In this document: positions 38,797 through 49,805 of the stretch, piece after piece
Layout: the number at the start of each line of letters is the position of its first letter
How positions within the stretch are numbered: the stretch's first letter is position 1
NCBI GenBank assembly: GCA_051251915.1
Contig: JBPOGF010000011.1
Location: 1 to 64,000 of the forward strand
Source of the DNA: Akkermansiaceae bacterium
Lineage (GTDB): Bacteria; Verrucomicrobiota; Verrucomicrobiia; Verrucomicrobiales; Akkermansiaceae
Direction: 5' to 3'
DNA: 64,000 bases
The notes under the pieces: model-generated
What the model was told of the DNA's origin: nothing
Database searches by the model: none
The model's input: only the letters and a program-made list of their open reading frames with translations
Program-made: the position numbers and the translations under genes

Positions 38797-39744
38797 ATGA
38801 AGAACATCAAAAGCATTGGAATCGATTTTGGAGGAACCTCCATCAAATTTGGAGTAGTATCTGGCAAAGAAATAGTCGCCACCAGCTCACCCATCATTCC
38901 CAAGGATTACCCTGTCCCCGCTCAGCTCATCCGCGCAATCGCCGACAAAGTAAACCAACTCAAAAACGAGCACGACAACATCGTAGCCGTGGGTTGTGGC
39001 GTCCCCGGATTTGTAGACTTCCCCACTGGCACCATTCACAACCTCACCAACGTCCCCGGCTGGATAAACATCCCACTGAAACACGAACTTGAAACCCTCA
39101 CAGGACTCCCAGCAGCCATCGAAAATGACGCCAATGCCATGGCCATAGCCGAGTGGAAACTCGGAGCAGCCACTGGATACAATCACGCCATCTGCCTAAC
39201 CCTAGGCACAGGCGTAGGTGGAGGCATCATCTCAAATGGCGCCATCATCCGTGGCGCATCATACGCCGCTGGCGAACTAGGTCAGACCTCTATCCACTAC
39301 GCTGGCAGAAAAGGCGCCTACAATAACCCTGGAGCACTAGAAGCCTACCTCGGAAATAACGAATTCGCAGCAGACACACAAGCCGACTACGAAGCAGCCG
39401 GCATCAACAAAGCCCTCTCAGACTGCACCCCAGCCCACCTCGCAGAAGCAGCAGAAAATGGCTGCCACATCGCTCTCAAAGCATGGGACGGATTCGCTGA
39501 GAAACTTGCAGCAGCACTAGCGTCAACATGCTGGCTTCTCAACCCAGAGATCATAGTCATCGGCGGCGGCGTAGCACAAGCCGGTGAACTCCTCTTCACC
39601 CCACTCAAGAAGCACCTCAACGACCAACTAAGCGGACCATTCAAGGACCATCTCAAAGTCGTCCCTGCCGAGTTCTGTAACAACGCCGGAATCTTCGGCA
39701 CCGCAGCCCTAGCCCTCGAAGAAGTCGGAGACTACACAGCCTAG
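38797..39744 (+). CDS. ROK family sugar kinase
   Basis: GIDFGGT, ENDANA, TLGTGVGGG, GELG. Confidence 0.9.
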   Translation: MKNIKSIGIDFGGTSIKFGVVSGKEIVATSSPIIPKDYPVPAQLIRAIADKVNQLKNEHDNIVAVGCGVPGFVDFPTGTIHNLTNVPGWINIPLKHELETLTGLPAAIENDANAMAIAEWKLGAATGYNHAICLTLGTGVGGGIISNGAIIRGASYAAGELGQTSIHYAGRKGAYNNPGALEAYLGNNEFAADTQADYEAAGINKALSDCTPAHLAEAAENGCHIALKAWDGFAEKLAAALASTCWLLNPEIIVIGGGVAQAGELLFTPLKKHLNDQLSGPFKDHLKVVPAEFCNNAGIFGTAALALEEVGDYTA

Positions 39745-39755
39745 AAACCAAAAAA

Positions 39756-39773
39756 CTCCGTCACTTGACGGAG
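39756..39773. terminator. Hairpin between convergent ROK and tadA genes
   Basis: CTCCGTCA-CT-TGACGGAG, with an A-run on the left. Confidence 0.5.
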
Positions 39774-39797
39774 CTCAACACCCATTAAGAAGAACGC

Positions 39798-40352
39798 TTA
39801 ATTCTGATCCCTATTCTCTTTCAATTCTTCTAATGCCTCTAAAGCCCTACGTTCTTTACGTTCGGCTTTTTTCTTTTCGCGAGCCTCACGGAAGAACGAT
39901 TGCACCAAACCCAGACATTCATCCAGCATCACTCCAGAGGTAATCTCACATTTATGGTTCAACGGAGGATTTGAGTCTAACAGATTGATCCACCCTCCAG
40001 CCGCTCCGCCTTTAGGATCAGGACAACCAAAAACCACGCGATCAGGTCTACAATGCACAATAGCCCCCGCACACATCGGGCAAGGCTCCTTGGTAACATA
40101 GAGAGTGCACCCCTCAAGCCTCCAGTCACCAATGACCTCTTGAGCCGCCGTCAGAGCCAGCATCTCAGCATGAGCAGTCGCATCCTTCAGCGTCTCCACC
40201 TGGTTCCACCCTCGCGCAATGATCTGCCCATCCTTTACAATCACCGCCCCGATAGGCACCTCAGTAGCTGAATACGCCTTCCGAGCATCACGCAGCGCCT
40301 GCTGCATGAAAAACTCGTCACTGGACATATCGAATGTGAAATCTTCACTCAT
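39798..40352 (-). CDS. tadA: tRNA adenosine(34) deaminase
   Basis: EVPIGAVIV, TAHAE, WRL, EPCPMCAGA, FF...R. Confidence 0.92.
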   Translation of the reverse strand: MSEDFTFDMSSDEFFMQQALRDARKAYSATEVPIGAVIVKDGQIIARGWNQVETLKDATAHAEMLALTAAQEVIGDWRLEGCTLYVTKEPCPMCAGAIVHCRPDRVVFGCPDPKGGAAGGWINLLDSNPPLNHKCEITSGVMLDECLGLVQSFFREAREKKKAERKERRALEALEELKENRDQN

Positions 40353-40387
40353 TAAATCAGACTATCCAGTTGGCCAGAATCCGATAC

Positions 40388-41542
40388 CTAAAAGTCAAAA
40401 AACTTCTTAGCCTTCTCAAAGAATCCTTCCTGCATCGGCGAGTTTTTCTCTCCAATGCTCTCGGTAAATACCGCCAGCTTCTCCTTCTGCTCAGCATTCA
40501 GCTTAGTAGGGACTTCTACCTTTACCTCGACATGTAAATCACCCTTATAACCAGAAGACAGATCCTTGATCCCCTTCCCTCTAAGTCGGAAAACTGTCCC
40601 TCCTTGAGTCCCCGCTGGGATTTTGATAGATGATTTACCTTCCAAAGTAGGAACCTTAAGCTCACCACCTAGTGCCGCAGCTCCAAATGGCATCGGCACC
40701 TCACAGAAAAGATTCTCACCCTCGCGCTCGAACACTTCGTGCTCTTTCACGTGAATAAAGACATAGAGATCACCTGCTGGACCACCACGGTATCCCGCAT
40801 CACCATTTCCAGATGACCTAAGTCGCGTACCACTATCAACTCCCGCAGGAATACGTATCTTGATTCTAGAGGTCTCCTGAGATGTCCCCTGACCATTACA
40901 CTCCTTACAAGGATCCTTGATCACTTCACCCGCACCACGGCACTCTGGGCACGTAGTCTGCTGAACAAAAATTCCAGCCTGCCTAGTCACAGCACCCTGA
41001 CCGCCACATGCAGGACAAGTCTTAGCTCCAGAATCCCCTTTAGCACCCTTACCGTCACAGGCGCCACAAGTAGCTTCTTTCTCGATCTCTAGTTCCTTCT
41101 CAACACCTACAGCAGCCTCTTCAAGCGAGATCTCCAAGTCATAACGCAAGTCACTACCCGGACGCTTAGAAGACCTCTGTCTACCACCTCGGCGACCACC
41201 GCCACCGAAGAAATCTTCAAATCCACCACCGCCACCAAAGGCGCCACCGAATACCTGAGAGAAAATATCTGACGCATCGTGGAAACCACCGCCACCGCCG
41301 CCACCGCCCATACCACCTTCAAAGGCAGCATGTCCGTATCGGTCATAAGCAGCACGCTTGTCCTCATTACTGAGCACTTCATAAGCTTCCCCTATTTCCT
41401 TAAATTTATCCTCCGCCGCAGCATCATCCGGATTCTTATCTGGGTGAAACTTAATCGCTAACTTGCGGTAAGCTTTCTTGATTGCAGATGCATCTGCATC
41501 CCTAGAAACTCCCAATTGTTCATAATAATCTGCCTTTGCCAT
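40388..41542 (-). CDS. dnaJ: Chaperone DnaJ
   Basis: HPD motif, G/F region, four CxxCxGxG repeats. Confidence 0.97.
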   Translation of the reverse strand: MAKADYYEQLGVSRDADASAIKKAYRKLAIKFHPDKNPDDAAAEDKFKEIGEAYEVLSNEDKRAAYDRYGHAAFEGGMGGGGGGGGFHDASDIFSQVFGGAFGGGGGFEDFFGGGGRRGGRQRSSKRPGSDLRYDLEISLEEAAVGVEKELEIEKEATCGACDGKGAKGDSGAKTCPACGGQGAVTRQAGIFVQQTTCPECRGAGEVIKDPCKECNGQGTSQETSRIKIRIPAGVDSGTRLRSSGNGDAGYRGGPAGDLYVFIHVKEHEVFEREGENLFCEVPMPFGAAALGGELKVPTLEGKSSIKIPAGTQGGTVFRLRGKGIKDLSSGYKGDLHVEVKVEVPTKLNAEQKEKLAVFTESIGEKNSPMQEGFFEKAKKFFDF

Positions 41543-41575
41543 AATGTAATAAAATTCTGTTGTTACTCTGCCCTA

Positions 41576-42232
41576 CTAACCCTCTGTCTCCTCAGCCCCT
41601 GCATCCGCAACGACCTCTTCCGCCTTCTTAGAAACTACCACATTCGCAGGTCTGATAAGTCTGTCACCTAGTAAGTAACCTTTCCGCATCACGCGAATGA
41701 TCTTACCGTCCTCATGCTCATCGCTCTCTTCCTGACTCATCGCATCATGGATATTCGGATCGAAATCACTCCCCACCACAGTCACCGCCTCAGTCACACC
41801 TTGACCAGAGAGGAATCCCTCCAACTGCGCCTGCACCATCTTCATACCCATGAAAATCATTGAACCTGACTCAGCTTCAGCAGCCATCATCCCCATGTTA
41901 AAATTATCAATCACCGGTAGAAGCTCTTCAATCAATCTCTGATTACCAAATTTGATCGCCTCTGCCTTCTCACGTGACATCCTCTTACGGTAGTTCTCAA
42001 GATCTGCCGCAGTGCGCATCGCTGTCTCCTTCCACTTCAGCATGTCGCCTTCGAGCTGAGCCTGTGGGTCCAGATCTATCGTATCTTCTGCCTCAGCAGC
42101 TTCCTCTAGCTCCTTCTCTATCTCTGCATTGATTTCCTCCATAGACTTACCCTCGTCTGTATTCACAGACTCCTCATTCACTACTTCTGGATCAGTGTTC
42201 ATCTCTGTATCTTTTTGAGTATCATTTTGCAT
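41576..42232 (-). CDS. grpE: Nucleotide exchange factor GrpE
   Basis: ADLENYRKR, LLPVIDN, FDPNIHDA, KGY..GDRLIRPA; exact start uncertain. Confidence 0.95.
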   Translation of the reverse strand: MQNDTQKDTEMNTDPEVVNEESVNTDEGKSMEEINAEIEKELEEAAEAEDTIDLDPQAQLEGDMLKWKETAMRTAADLENYRKRMSREKAEAIKFGNQRLIEELLPVIDNFNMGMMAAEAESGSMIFMGMKMVQAQLEGFLSGQGVTEAVTVVGSDFDPNIHDAMSQEESDEHEDGKIIRVMRKGYLLGDRLIRPANVVVSKKAEEVVADAGAEETEG

Positions 42233-42397
42233 GGGCATACCCATAGCTTTCTTCTGCTGATCGTCAACCCTCATTTTATTGGTATTTATAGAAAATAGTC
42301 CAAATTTAACTTTCTACCACAGAGCCATATTTACAAAATCTCCTTTCACTTGCTGTTTCTTCAATCTCAATGACACACGCCACACCCTAAGCTTCAA

Positions 42398-43264
42398 TCA
42401 GCGAGTAGCCACCCCCATCAACTGCTCCGTCATCCTCAGCGCATCATGATTCCCCCTCACTTCATGCACTCTATGTAGCATACAGCCGCACCTACGTGCC
42501 AGCGTAGTCACCGCCACCGTAGCCGCATCACGCTCCTGAGGACTCTTTATCCCCAGCAGTCTCCCAAACAAAGATTTCCGAGAGACTCCTAACAATACAG
42601 GTCTCCCACCCACACTAATCTCATTAATATTCGCCAGTAAACTCAAATTATGCCCGTCAGACTTCCCAAAACCAATCCCCGGATCAAAACAGACACACTC
42701 CGCATCCACCCCAGCCTCCACCAGCGTCTCTAACCTCTCAGCGAAAAACCCCTGCACCTCACGCCTAACATCCTCATAACTAGGATTATCCTGCATCGTC
42801 TCCGGAGTCCCCTGCATGTGCATAACCACCACCCCAACACCCTCCTCAGCACAAACCCCAATCATTTCAGCATCAGCAGTACAACCAGTAACATCATTCA
42901 CAATATCTGCCCCCGCCTCAATCGCCGCCCTAGCCACCGCCGCCTTAGAAGTATCCACAGAAATGTACACCCCATCAAACTCCCGCCTCTCACGTAACCC
43001 ACGGATCACTGGCACCACCCGTGCCATCTCCTCTTCCACACTCACCACCGCCGCCCCCGGCCGAGTAGACTCACCACCAATATCAATAATAAGCGCCCCA
43101 TCATCACGCATTTCCCCCGCGCGCTTGACCGCCAACTCCATTGTATTACTCTCACCACCATCGGAAAAAGAATCCGGAGTCACATTGAGAATGCCCATCA
43201 CCACAGCCTCAGAGCATAAATCAATCCCCCCACGCTTTTCGTGCCATCTCGTTCTCCATATCAT
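42398..43264 (-). CDS. folP: Dihydropteroate synthase
   Basis: MGILNVTPDSFSDGG, GGESTRPG, DPGIGFGK, SRKS, RVH. Confidence 0.96.
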   Translation of the reverse strand: MIWRTRWHEKRGGIDLCSEAVVMGILNVTPDSFSDGGESNTMELAVKRAGEMRDDGALIIDIGGESTRPGAAVVSVEEEMARVVPVIRGLRERREFDGVYISVDTSKAAVARAAIEAGADIVNDVTGCTADAEMIGVCAEEGVGVVVMHMQGTPETMQDNPSYEDVRREVQGFFAERLETLVEAGVDAECVCFDPGIGFGKSDGHNLSLLANINEISVGGRPVLLGVSRKSLFGRLLGIKSPQERDAATVAVTTLARRCGCMLHRVHEVRGNHDALRMTEQLMGVATR

Positions 43265-43351
43265 AGCATGATTAGAACCAAATGGTTCAGAAATTTACAG
43301 AACGAAAACACAAAACTTGATATGCCACACATTCAGTGCAAAACTTCATCC

Positions 43352-43972
43352 ATGAAAATCATCAGTTCTTGCCTCAAACCCATCGTCACCATCTGCTCGC
43401 TCGCCTTGCTCTCCAGCACAGCTATTTCCAGCGCGCAAAAGAAAGTCAGTGACGCAAATTCCCACGTCCGCCTGATGAAAAACGCCGATGGATCCACCAC
43501 TCAGTTCAAACGAGACCTCAACAATACCACACTTGAGAAAAGCACCTTCGTAGAAAAACAAAATGGTGAAAAAATCATCCGCACCAGAACCACATACACC
43601 CGTGACAAACAAGGCAGACTCAGAAGCGGAGTCATCGAAGATGGCCAGCGCATCAAGCTCTACAAGCTCCGCTACGGCTATGATCCTAGAACCGGCAGAC
43701 TCATCGCAGAAAACATGTATGATGCCAGAACTGTCCGACGTAATGACCCCGCAAACCCTACGAAAGAAACCCCAGTCAGAGCTCTTAGATACTCCTACAC
43801 CGCCCAAGGTGAACGCAGTAAACCAATCGTTTACGTAGGAGTATCTGGTAGAACCGCAGAAGAACTTCAGAAGTGGCTTAAGGAAAATAAATTCGAAAAA
43901 GGCACCTTCCCAGACGTCGACCCATTCGCCCCCAAAACCGCGAATCCAAACGCAACACGATTGAGAAACTAA
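43352..43972 (+). CDS. Hypothetical exported protein
   Basis: Signal peptide from ATG 43352; beta-hairpin-rich body. Confidence 0.7.
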   Translation: MKIISSCLKPIVTICSLALLSSTAISSAQKKVSDANSHVRLMKNADGSTTQFKRDLNNTTLEKSTFVEKQNGEKIIRTRTTYTRDKQGRLRSGVIEDGQRIKLYKLRYGYDPRTGRLIAENMYDARTVRRNDPANPTKETPVRALRYSYTAQGERSKPIVYVGVSGRTAEELQKWLKENKFEKGTFPDVDPFAPKTANPNATRLRN

Positions 43973-44068
43973 CCACCCCAAGCTCCAGGATCCAAATTCT
44001 AAAATGTAAATTCAGATAAAACATTCACTCCCAGAATCAACCGCCCTCCCAGCTCACCCTCCACCCCC

Positions 44069-44857
44069 TTAGAAAGCACTCTGAATCATCCCTCCCTCAG
44101 CACGGATATTACTCCCGTTTATCACAGCAGCACGAGCACTGCTAATGAAAGCCACTATGTCACCGATCTCCTCAGGCTTAATCAGTCTCTGGATCAATGA
44201 CGTGGGCCTATTCTCTGACATAAAGCGAGCTTCCGCCTCATCCGCTGGGAGACCAGGGAAAATATCTGCAATGAACTTCTGCACTCCTTCAGTAAGTGTT
44301 GAACCCGGCAAAACTGAGTTCACTGTTACCTGAGTATCTTTGGTCATCTCCGCCAAAGCACGTGATATACCCAACTGCATTGTCTTGGTCGCGCTATAGT
44401 GAGCCATTTCTGGAGCCGCTTTAACTCCAGACTCACTGGAGATAAAAACCACTCTCCCGTGCTTACGATCAAGCATTCCTTTCAGGTAATGACGAGCCAA
44501 ACGCACTCCACTCATGATGTTCACTTCAAACAACCGTTGCCAAGCTTCATCCGTTTCATCGAAAAACCCGACCGCTTCGTAGATACCTAAATTATTGACC
44601 AAAATATCAACTTCCGGAAAAGCAGCGATGGTCTCCTCAGTCCCCACTGCAGAAGCATTGTCAGCAACAAGCCCCACAAGTTTAGCATCAGCTTGCCTTG
44701 AGGTAATCTCAGCCACGGCTCCATCCACACTTTTCTGGCTCCTTCCATTAATGATTACCCGTGCTCCATCGGCAGCAAGTGAGCGAGCGATTTCAAGTCC
44801 TATTCCTCCAGTAGAAGCGGTAACAAGAGCGGTTTTATCGTTTAGTTCTAAATTCAT
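44069..44857 (-). CDS. SDR family oxidoreductase
   Basis: [17 protein letters not shown]. Confidence 0.93.
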   Translation of the reverse strand: MNLELNDKTALVTASTGGIGLEIARSLAADGARVIINGRSQKSVDGAVAEITSRQADAKLVGLVADNASAVGTEETIAAFPEVDILVNNLGIYEAVGFFDETDEAWQRLFEVNIMSGVRLARHYLKGMLDRKHGRVVFISSESGVKAAPEMAHYSATKTMQLGISRALAEMTKDTQVTVNSVLPGSTLTEGVQKFIADIFPGLPADEAEARFMSENRPTSLIQRLIKPEEIGDIVAFISSARAAVINGSNIRAEGGMIQSAF

Positions 44858-44985
44858 AATTTTTTAATTGATTAGTGACAATCAAAGTTCCCTCCGAAAT
44901 GAGGTTCCCCTTGGTTGATGGCTTGACCTTAGTAAAAATTTACCAATAATTCAAATAATGCAAATCATGCGAACACATTATAATT

Positions 44986-45879
44986 ATGATCAACCTTGAG
45001 TGGTTACGGACGTTTAAAACAATCTATGAACTAGGAAGCATGACCGCCGCAGCGGAGCATCTCTATGTCTCGCAACCCGGAGTCAGCCTCCACCTAAGTT
45101 CACTGGAAAATCACGTAGGTTATAAACTTTTCGAGCGTCGACCACGCTTATTAGTCCCCACCGAGCAAGGAAAGCAACTGTACAATACCATAGTAGACCC
45201 CATCACAAGCCTAGAGGAAATTGAGCTCAAGAGCCAACGCAGCGCCTCTCAGGAGAGACCTACCATCACACTCGGAATGTGCTTCGAAACCTTCCAACTA
45301 TCCTTAGAACATGCCGTGCCAGATCTACCATTTAACCTCATTTTAGAATTTGGAGACTATAGGCAACTATTACAAAAACTCGAAAACCAAGTCACAGACC
45401 TAGTAGTGAGCCCTCAGAACCCTGAGCTAAGAGGCATAAAATACCAGGCATTCTCACAGGAAAAAATAGTCCTAGTCGCAGGAAAAGAACTGGACCTAAG
45501 TGGCTTCAATCCTTCAGACCCTCAAGTTCTGAGAGACTGGCTACAACAACAATCATGGTATGGCATCGCCGGCGACAACGATCATATGCTACGCTTCTGG
45601 AAACAAAATTTCAAAAGCTCACCAGACTTCAGGCCCAACTACATAGTCCCAAATTTTCATTCCATCCTCAGAAGCCTATCACGCGCCCCAGGCCTAGCTA
45701 TTGTCCCAGATTTCCTATGCACACAAGTCCTCAATGTCACCGTTCTTTGGGAAGGTTACTCCCCGCTCATCAATCAACTATACTTCGCCAGACACAAAAA
45801 AAGCCCGCATGAAGTAGACTTACAGCAGATCATGAAACTCATCCAACAAAAGATGCCTCCTTTGATTGCCCAACGATAA
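44986..45879 (+). CDS. LysR family regulator, divergent from the SDR gene
   Basis: LEWLRTF...TAAAEHLYVSQPGVS..L..LE...G..LFER. Confidence 0.93.
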   Translation: MINLEWLRTFKTIYELGSMTAAAEHLYVSQPGVSLHLSSLENHVGYKLFERRPRLLVPTEQGKQLYNTIVDPITSLEEIELKSQRSASQERPTITLGMCFETFQLSLEHAVPDLPFNLILEFGDYRQLLQKLENQVTDLVVSPQNPELRGIKYQAFSQEKIVLVAGKELDLSGFNPSDPQVLRDWLQQQSWYGIAGDNDHMLRFWKQNFKSSPDFRPNYIVPNFHSILRSLSRAPGLAIVPDFLCTQVLNVTVLWEGYSPLINQLYFARHKKSPHEVDLQQIMKLIQQKMPPLIAQR

Positions 45880-46072
45880 CCTCATAACCTAACAAGTTAA
45901 GCCATCTTCTCTACTCAATCCCATTCAAAACTCACAATATCATTCCTCGATAAGCCTTCTCGAGTGATCCCCATTGAGCGCCCCCCTCCATTTACCTCAA
46001 CTATTCGCCATCTTATTCCACTTTTTGCTGTGAAATTTGGCTGTTTTAGGCTTACTTCGCGGTCACAGCATT

Positions 46073-47869
46073 ATGTCTATTGAGCTTACAAGAAATTTCT
46101 CCATCATCGCCCACATCGATCACGGTAAAACCACCCTATCTGACCGACTCCTAGAGTTCACCCAGACAGTCGCCGAGCGTGATTCACAAGACCAGCTACT
46201 AGATGCTATGGACCTAGAACGCGAACGTGGGATCACGATTAAATCGCACCCCGTAACCATGTTCTACAACGCCAAGGACGGCAATAGATACCAACTCAAT
46301 TTCCTAGACACCCCAGGCCACGTAGACTTCTCCTACGAAGTCTCACGCTCACTCGCCGCTTGCGAAGGTGCCATCCTCATCGTAGATGCAGCCCAAGGCG
46401 TAGAAGCTCAAACACTAGCCAACCTTCACCTAGCAAACGAACAAGAACTCCTCATCGTCCCCGTCATCAACAAAATCGACCTCCCCTCTGCTGACCTACC
46501 GAAAGTTCACAAGCAACTAGAAGACATCGTCTGCATCCCAGCCGAAGACGCCATCCCAGCATCCGCTAAAAACGGCATCGGCATCGAAGAAATCCTAGAA
46601 GCCATCGTCCAGCGCGTCCCTCACCCAACAGAGAATCCAGACCAGCTCCTCCGCGCATCAGTATTTGACTCCATCTACGATAACTTCCGCGGAGTAGTCT
46701 CCTACGTCCGCATCATGAGCGGCACCATCCAAAAAGGAACCCGTATCAAACTCTTCCACACTCCCAAGACATACGAAGTAAAAGAAGTCGGAGTATTCAC
46801 CCCAAAGATGACCAAACGCGACGTCCTCAACCCTGGTGACGTAGGCTACGTAATCGCCAACATGAAATCTTCCTCCGAAGTCAAAATCGGAGACACCATC
46901 ACAGACAACACCCACCCCTGCGCCGAACCTCTCCCAGGCTTCAAAGAAATCCAGCCTATGGTATTCTCAGGAATCTACCCAGTAGACACCTCAGACTTCG
47001 AAGCTCTCAAGACAGCCATGGGCAAACTCCAAATCAACGACGCAGCCTTCACCTGGCAAGCTGAATCCTCAGTAGCTCTCGGCTTCGGATTCCGCTGCGG
47101 ATTCCTAGGCCTCCTCCACATGGAAATCATTCAGGAACGCCTCCGCAGAGAATTTGGCATGGACATCATCTCCACCTACCCATCCGTTATCTATGAAGTC
47201 ACCACAAATAGTGGTGAGGAACTCATCGTAGACAACCCATGCATGCTCCCTGACACCCAAATCATCCAAGAAATCCGTGAGCCAATGGTAAAAGTCTACC
47301 TCATGACACCATCTGACTACATCGGCGACATGATGAAACTCGTCATGGAAAAACGCGGCATGCTGGAGAACACAGAGACCATTGATGACCTCCGCGTCAT
47401 GCTCACCTGCACACTCCCACTCGCTGAAATCCTCGTAGACTTCAACGATAAACTCAAATCCATGACCAAAGGCTACGGCTCCATGGATTACGAACACGAC
47501 GGCTACCGCGCAGAGAAAATGGTCAAAATGGACATCATGATCGCCGGTGAACCAGTAGACGCATTCTCCAGCATCGTTCACCGCGACAAAGCAGAGTACT
47601 ACGGTCGTCACCTCTGTAAGAAGCTCAAAGAAGTCATCCCTAAGCAACTCTTCGTAGTCGCCATTCAGGCAGCCATCGGCGGCAAAATCATCGCCCGTGA
47701 GTCAATCTCCGCCATGAGTAAAAACGTAACCGCTAAATGTTACGGTGGTGATATTTCCCGTAAGCGTAAACTTCTTGAGAAGCAGAAAAAAGGTAAAGCC
47801 AAAATGAAAGCAATCGGCAAAGTCAACATACCACAAGACGCCTTCATCAGAGTCCTTAAAAACGATTAA
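46073..47869 (+). CDS. lepA: Elongation factor 4
   Basis: RNFSIIAHIDHGKTTL, DTPGHVDF, GFRCGFLGLLH, KCYGGDISRKRKLL. Confidence 0.98.
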   Translation: MSIELTRNFSIIAHIDHGKTTLSDRLLEFTQTVAERDSQDQLLDAMDLERERGITIKSHPVTMFYNAKDGNRYQLNFLDTPGHVDFSYEVSRSLAACEGAILIVDAAQGVEAQTLANLHLANEQELLIVPVINKIDLPSADLPKVHKQLEDIVCIPAEDAIPASAKNGIGIEEILEAIVQRVPHPTENPDQLLRASVFDSIYDNFRGVVSYVRIMSGTIQKGTRIKLFHTPKTYEVKEVGVFTPKMTKRDVLNPGDVGYVIANMKSSSEVKIGDTITDNTHPCAEPLPGFKEIQPMVFSGIYPVDTSDFEALKTAMGKLQINDAAFTWQAESSVALGFGFRCGFLGLLHMEIIQERLRREFGMDIISTYPSVIYEVTTNSGEELIVDNPCMLPDTQIIQEIREPMVKVYLMTPSDYIGDMMKLVMEKRGMLENTETIDDLRVMLTCTLPLAEILVDFNDKLKSMTKGYGSMDYEHDGYRAEKMVKMDIMIAGEPVDAFSSIVHRDKAEYYGRHLCKKLKEVIPKQLFVVAIQAAIGGKIIARESISAMSKNVTAKCYGGDISRKRKLLEKQKKGKAKMKAIGKVNIPQDAFIRVLKND

Positions 47870-47895
47870 TTCTATTCTCCCCACCTCCCAAACAA

Positions 47896-48300
47896 ATGGC
47901 CAAAGGCTACGATGCAGACAAACAAAGGAAAGAACTCGTTTCCTCCTTCGGTAAAGATTTAGCCAGAAGAGCCAAATCAAAATGTGAGCTATCCGGTGAA
48001 TCCGGAGTCCCACTTATCATTTATGAAATGGAACCTGTGAAAGCGGAACCAGATTTCAACCAATGTCTGTTCATCTCCCAAACCAGTCTAGCTCAAATCA
48101 AAAACCCCAAGCTACTAGTCCCAGATCAGTGGCGCATACTTGGCGAACAAGTCTGGAGCGAGCTCCCTCAGGTGCAGATCATGGCAGTCCGCATGCTTAC
48201 CTATATCGCTAAAAATGAACATTGGGCGCAAGAAATACTTGATAATATGTATTTAGATGACAGTATAATGGACATTGCTCAGAAACACCCATTGGTGTGA
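47896..48300 (+). CDS. PhnA-like protein
   Basis: L.RRAKSKCEL, WR.L...VWSE.P.VQI.A.RML, WAQE.LD. Confidence 0.75.
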   Translation: MAKGYDADKQRKELVSSFGKDLARRAKSKCELSGESGVPLIIYEMEPVKAEPDFNQCLFISQTSLAQIKNPKLLVPDQWRILGEQVWSELPQVQIMAVRMLTYIAKNEHWAQEILDNMYLDDSIMDIAQKHPLV

Positions 48301-48325
48301 GAGCATTCCCTCCCCTGCAATCGTT

Positions 48326-48967
48326 ATGAAGAGCCCAGTCCACCCTGAGATCAATCTTGCCAAGACAGAACTAGAACCCGGCCTATCAAGCTGGCGTTGC
48401 CCGTCGTCTGGAGGCCATTGGATTCCTGCTCCAGCATACTGGCAATGGCATTCTGACCTTCCCGCAGGTCTAAAAAAAGAAGGCGCAGATCGTAAGATTT
48501 CTAAAATACAACCACCAGATATCGAAGAGCAACTTGAGCGACCCGCCCTGCTCTGCCCTGAGAGTAATTGCTTACTTGTTAGATACCGCGTTGGAGGCAT
48601 TGGCATCTACATCGACCGCAGTCCCATCAGTGGTGGAATTTGGCTAGAAGCCGGCGAATGGAACCTACTCAAAGAAAACACCCTCCACGCTAGCCTCCAT
48701 GAAATCTTCACCACCTCATACCAAAAACGTATTTTACGCGAAGAAGCACATGAGGCACTGATGCATAAATTCTATACTGATCTCGGTGAAGACGTCGCAG
48801 AGGACCTAGTACATTTAGCTGAATGGCTTAAGCTGCATCCTAAAAAACGCCGCATCATCGCCTGGCTCCACGAGCAACTCGCTCTCGATGAAAGAGACTT
48901 TGCCCCCAAGCATGCAGATGATGAAGTCATGGAAAGCATTGCAGAAGAACTCACAACAGACTCTTAA
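48326..48967 (+). CDS. zf-TFIIB-like double zinc-ribbon protein (degenerate Cys ligands)
   Basis: CPSSGGHWI; CPE....L.RYRVG.....IDRSPISGGIWLEAGEW. Confidence 0.7.
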   Translation: MKSPVHPEINLAKTELEPGLSSWRCPSSGGHWIPAPAYWQWHSDLPAGLKKEGADRKISKIQPPDIEEQLERPALLCPESNCLLVRYRVGGIGIYIDRSPISGGIWLEAGEWNLLKENTLHASLHEIFTTSYQKRILREEAHEALMHKFYTDLGEDVAEDLVHLAEWLKLHPKKRRIIAWLHEQLALDERDFAPKHADDEVMESIAEELTTDS

Positions 48968-48985
48968 TCCAATGATCCTCCTCAG

Positions 48986-49789
48986 ATGAACAATTGGACA
49001 AAATATGTATTTGGCAAATGGAGCTGGAAGCGCCCCTTCTACTCACTACTTTCCATCTACCTGCTACTTCTAGTCTTCGTTATTTTCTTCGCTGACAACC
49101 TATTATTTTTCCCGCCTACAGCAAGATACTCTGAACAGCTCGATGGATTTCAATATCTGATCAACGACAAAGACCAACAAGTCGCAACGATCTACATAAA
49201 AGCCGACAACGGCATGCCCACACTACTCTGGTCACACGGAAATGCAGAGGACATCAGCACTGCCCAACCCTACATGGACCACCTCCATGACCAAGGATAC
49301 GGCATTATGATCTACGACTACCCAGGTTACGGACTTAGCGACGGTAAGCCATCAGAACACGGATGCACACGCAATATCCAAGCAGCATGGCACCATCTAA
49401 CAGAAACACTATCCATCCCAGAAAATCAAGTTTTCATCATCGGTCAGTCCGTAGGATCAGGCCCCTCAATCTGGCTCGCAGAGAGATCTAACCCTGCCGG
49501 CCTAGTCCTCATCAGCCCCTTCAAAAGCATCAACCGAGTACCATTTAACATCAACCCCTTCCCCTACGACCGGTTCCCTAACATCCACAGAATAACCAAG
49601 GTCACCTGCCCATTATTAGTCATCCACGGAGACCAAGACGACATCATCCCCCAATCTCACGGCATAGCAATCCACGAAAAACACCAAGGCACCAAAACTT
49701 TCCACAGCGCCACAGGAGCCGGACACAACGACATCCTCTCAGATAAAGAGTCCAACGCCACCCTAATCAAATTCCTCAACCCCCATTAG
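48986..49789 (+). CDS. Alpha/beta hydrolase
   Basis: HGNAE, DYPGYG, GQSVG, HGDQD, GHND. Confidence 0.92.
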   Translation: MNNWTKYVFGKWSWKRPFYSLLSIYLLLLVFVIFFADNLLFFPPTARYSEQLDGFQYLINDKDQQVATIYIKADNGMPTLLWSHGNAEDISTAQPYMDHLHDQGYGIMIYDYPGYGLSDGKPSEHGCTRNIQAAWHHLTETLSIPENQVFIIGQSVGSGPSIWLAERSNPAGLVLISPFKSINRVPFNINPFPYDRFPNIHRITKVTCPLLVIHGDQDDIIPQSHGIAIHEKHQGTKTFHSATGAGHNDILSDKESNATLIKFLNPH

Positions 49790-49805
49790 AAAGGCACTCC
49801 CCCCC

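Noticed and set aside
40743..40758. parS-like TCTTTCACGTGAATAA
   Set aside because: Three mismatches to consensus, imperfect symmetry, and inside the dnaJ coding sequence.
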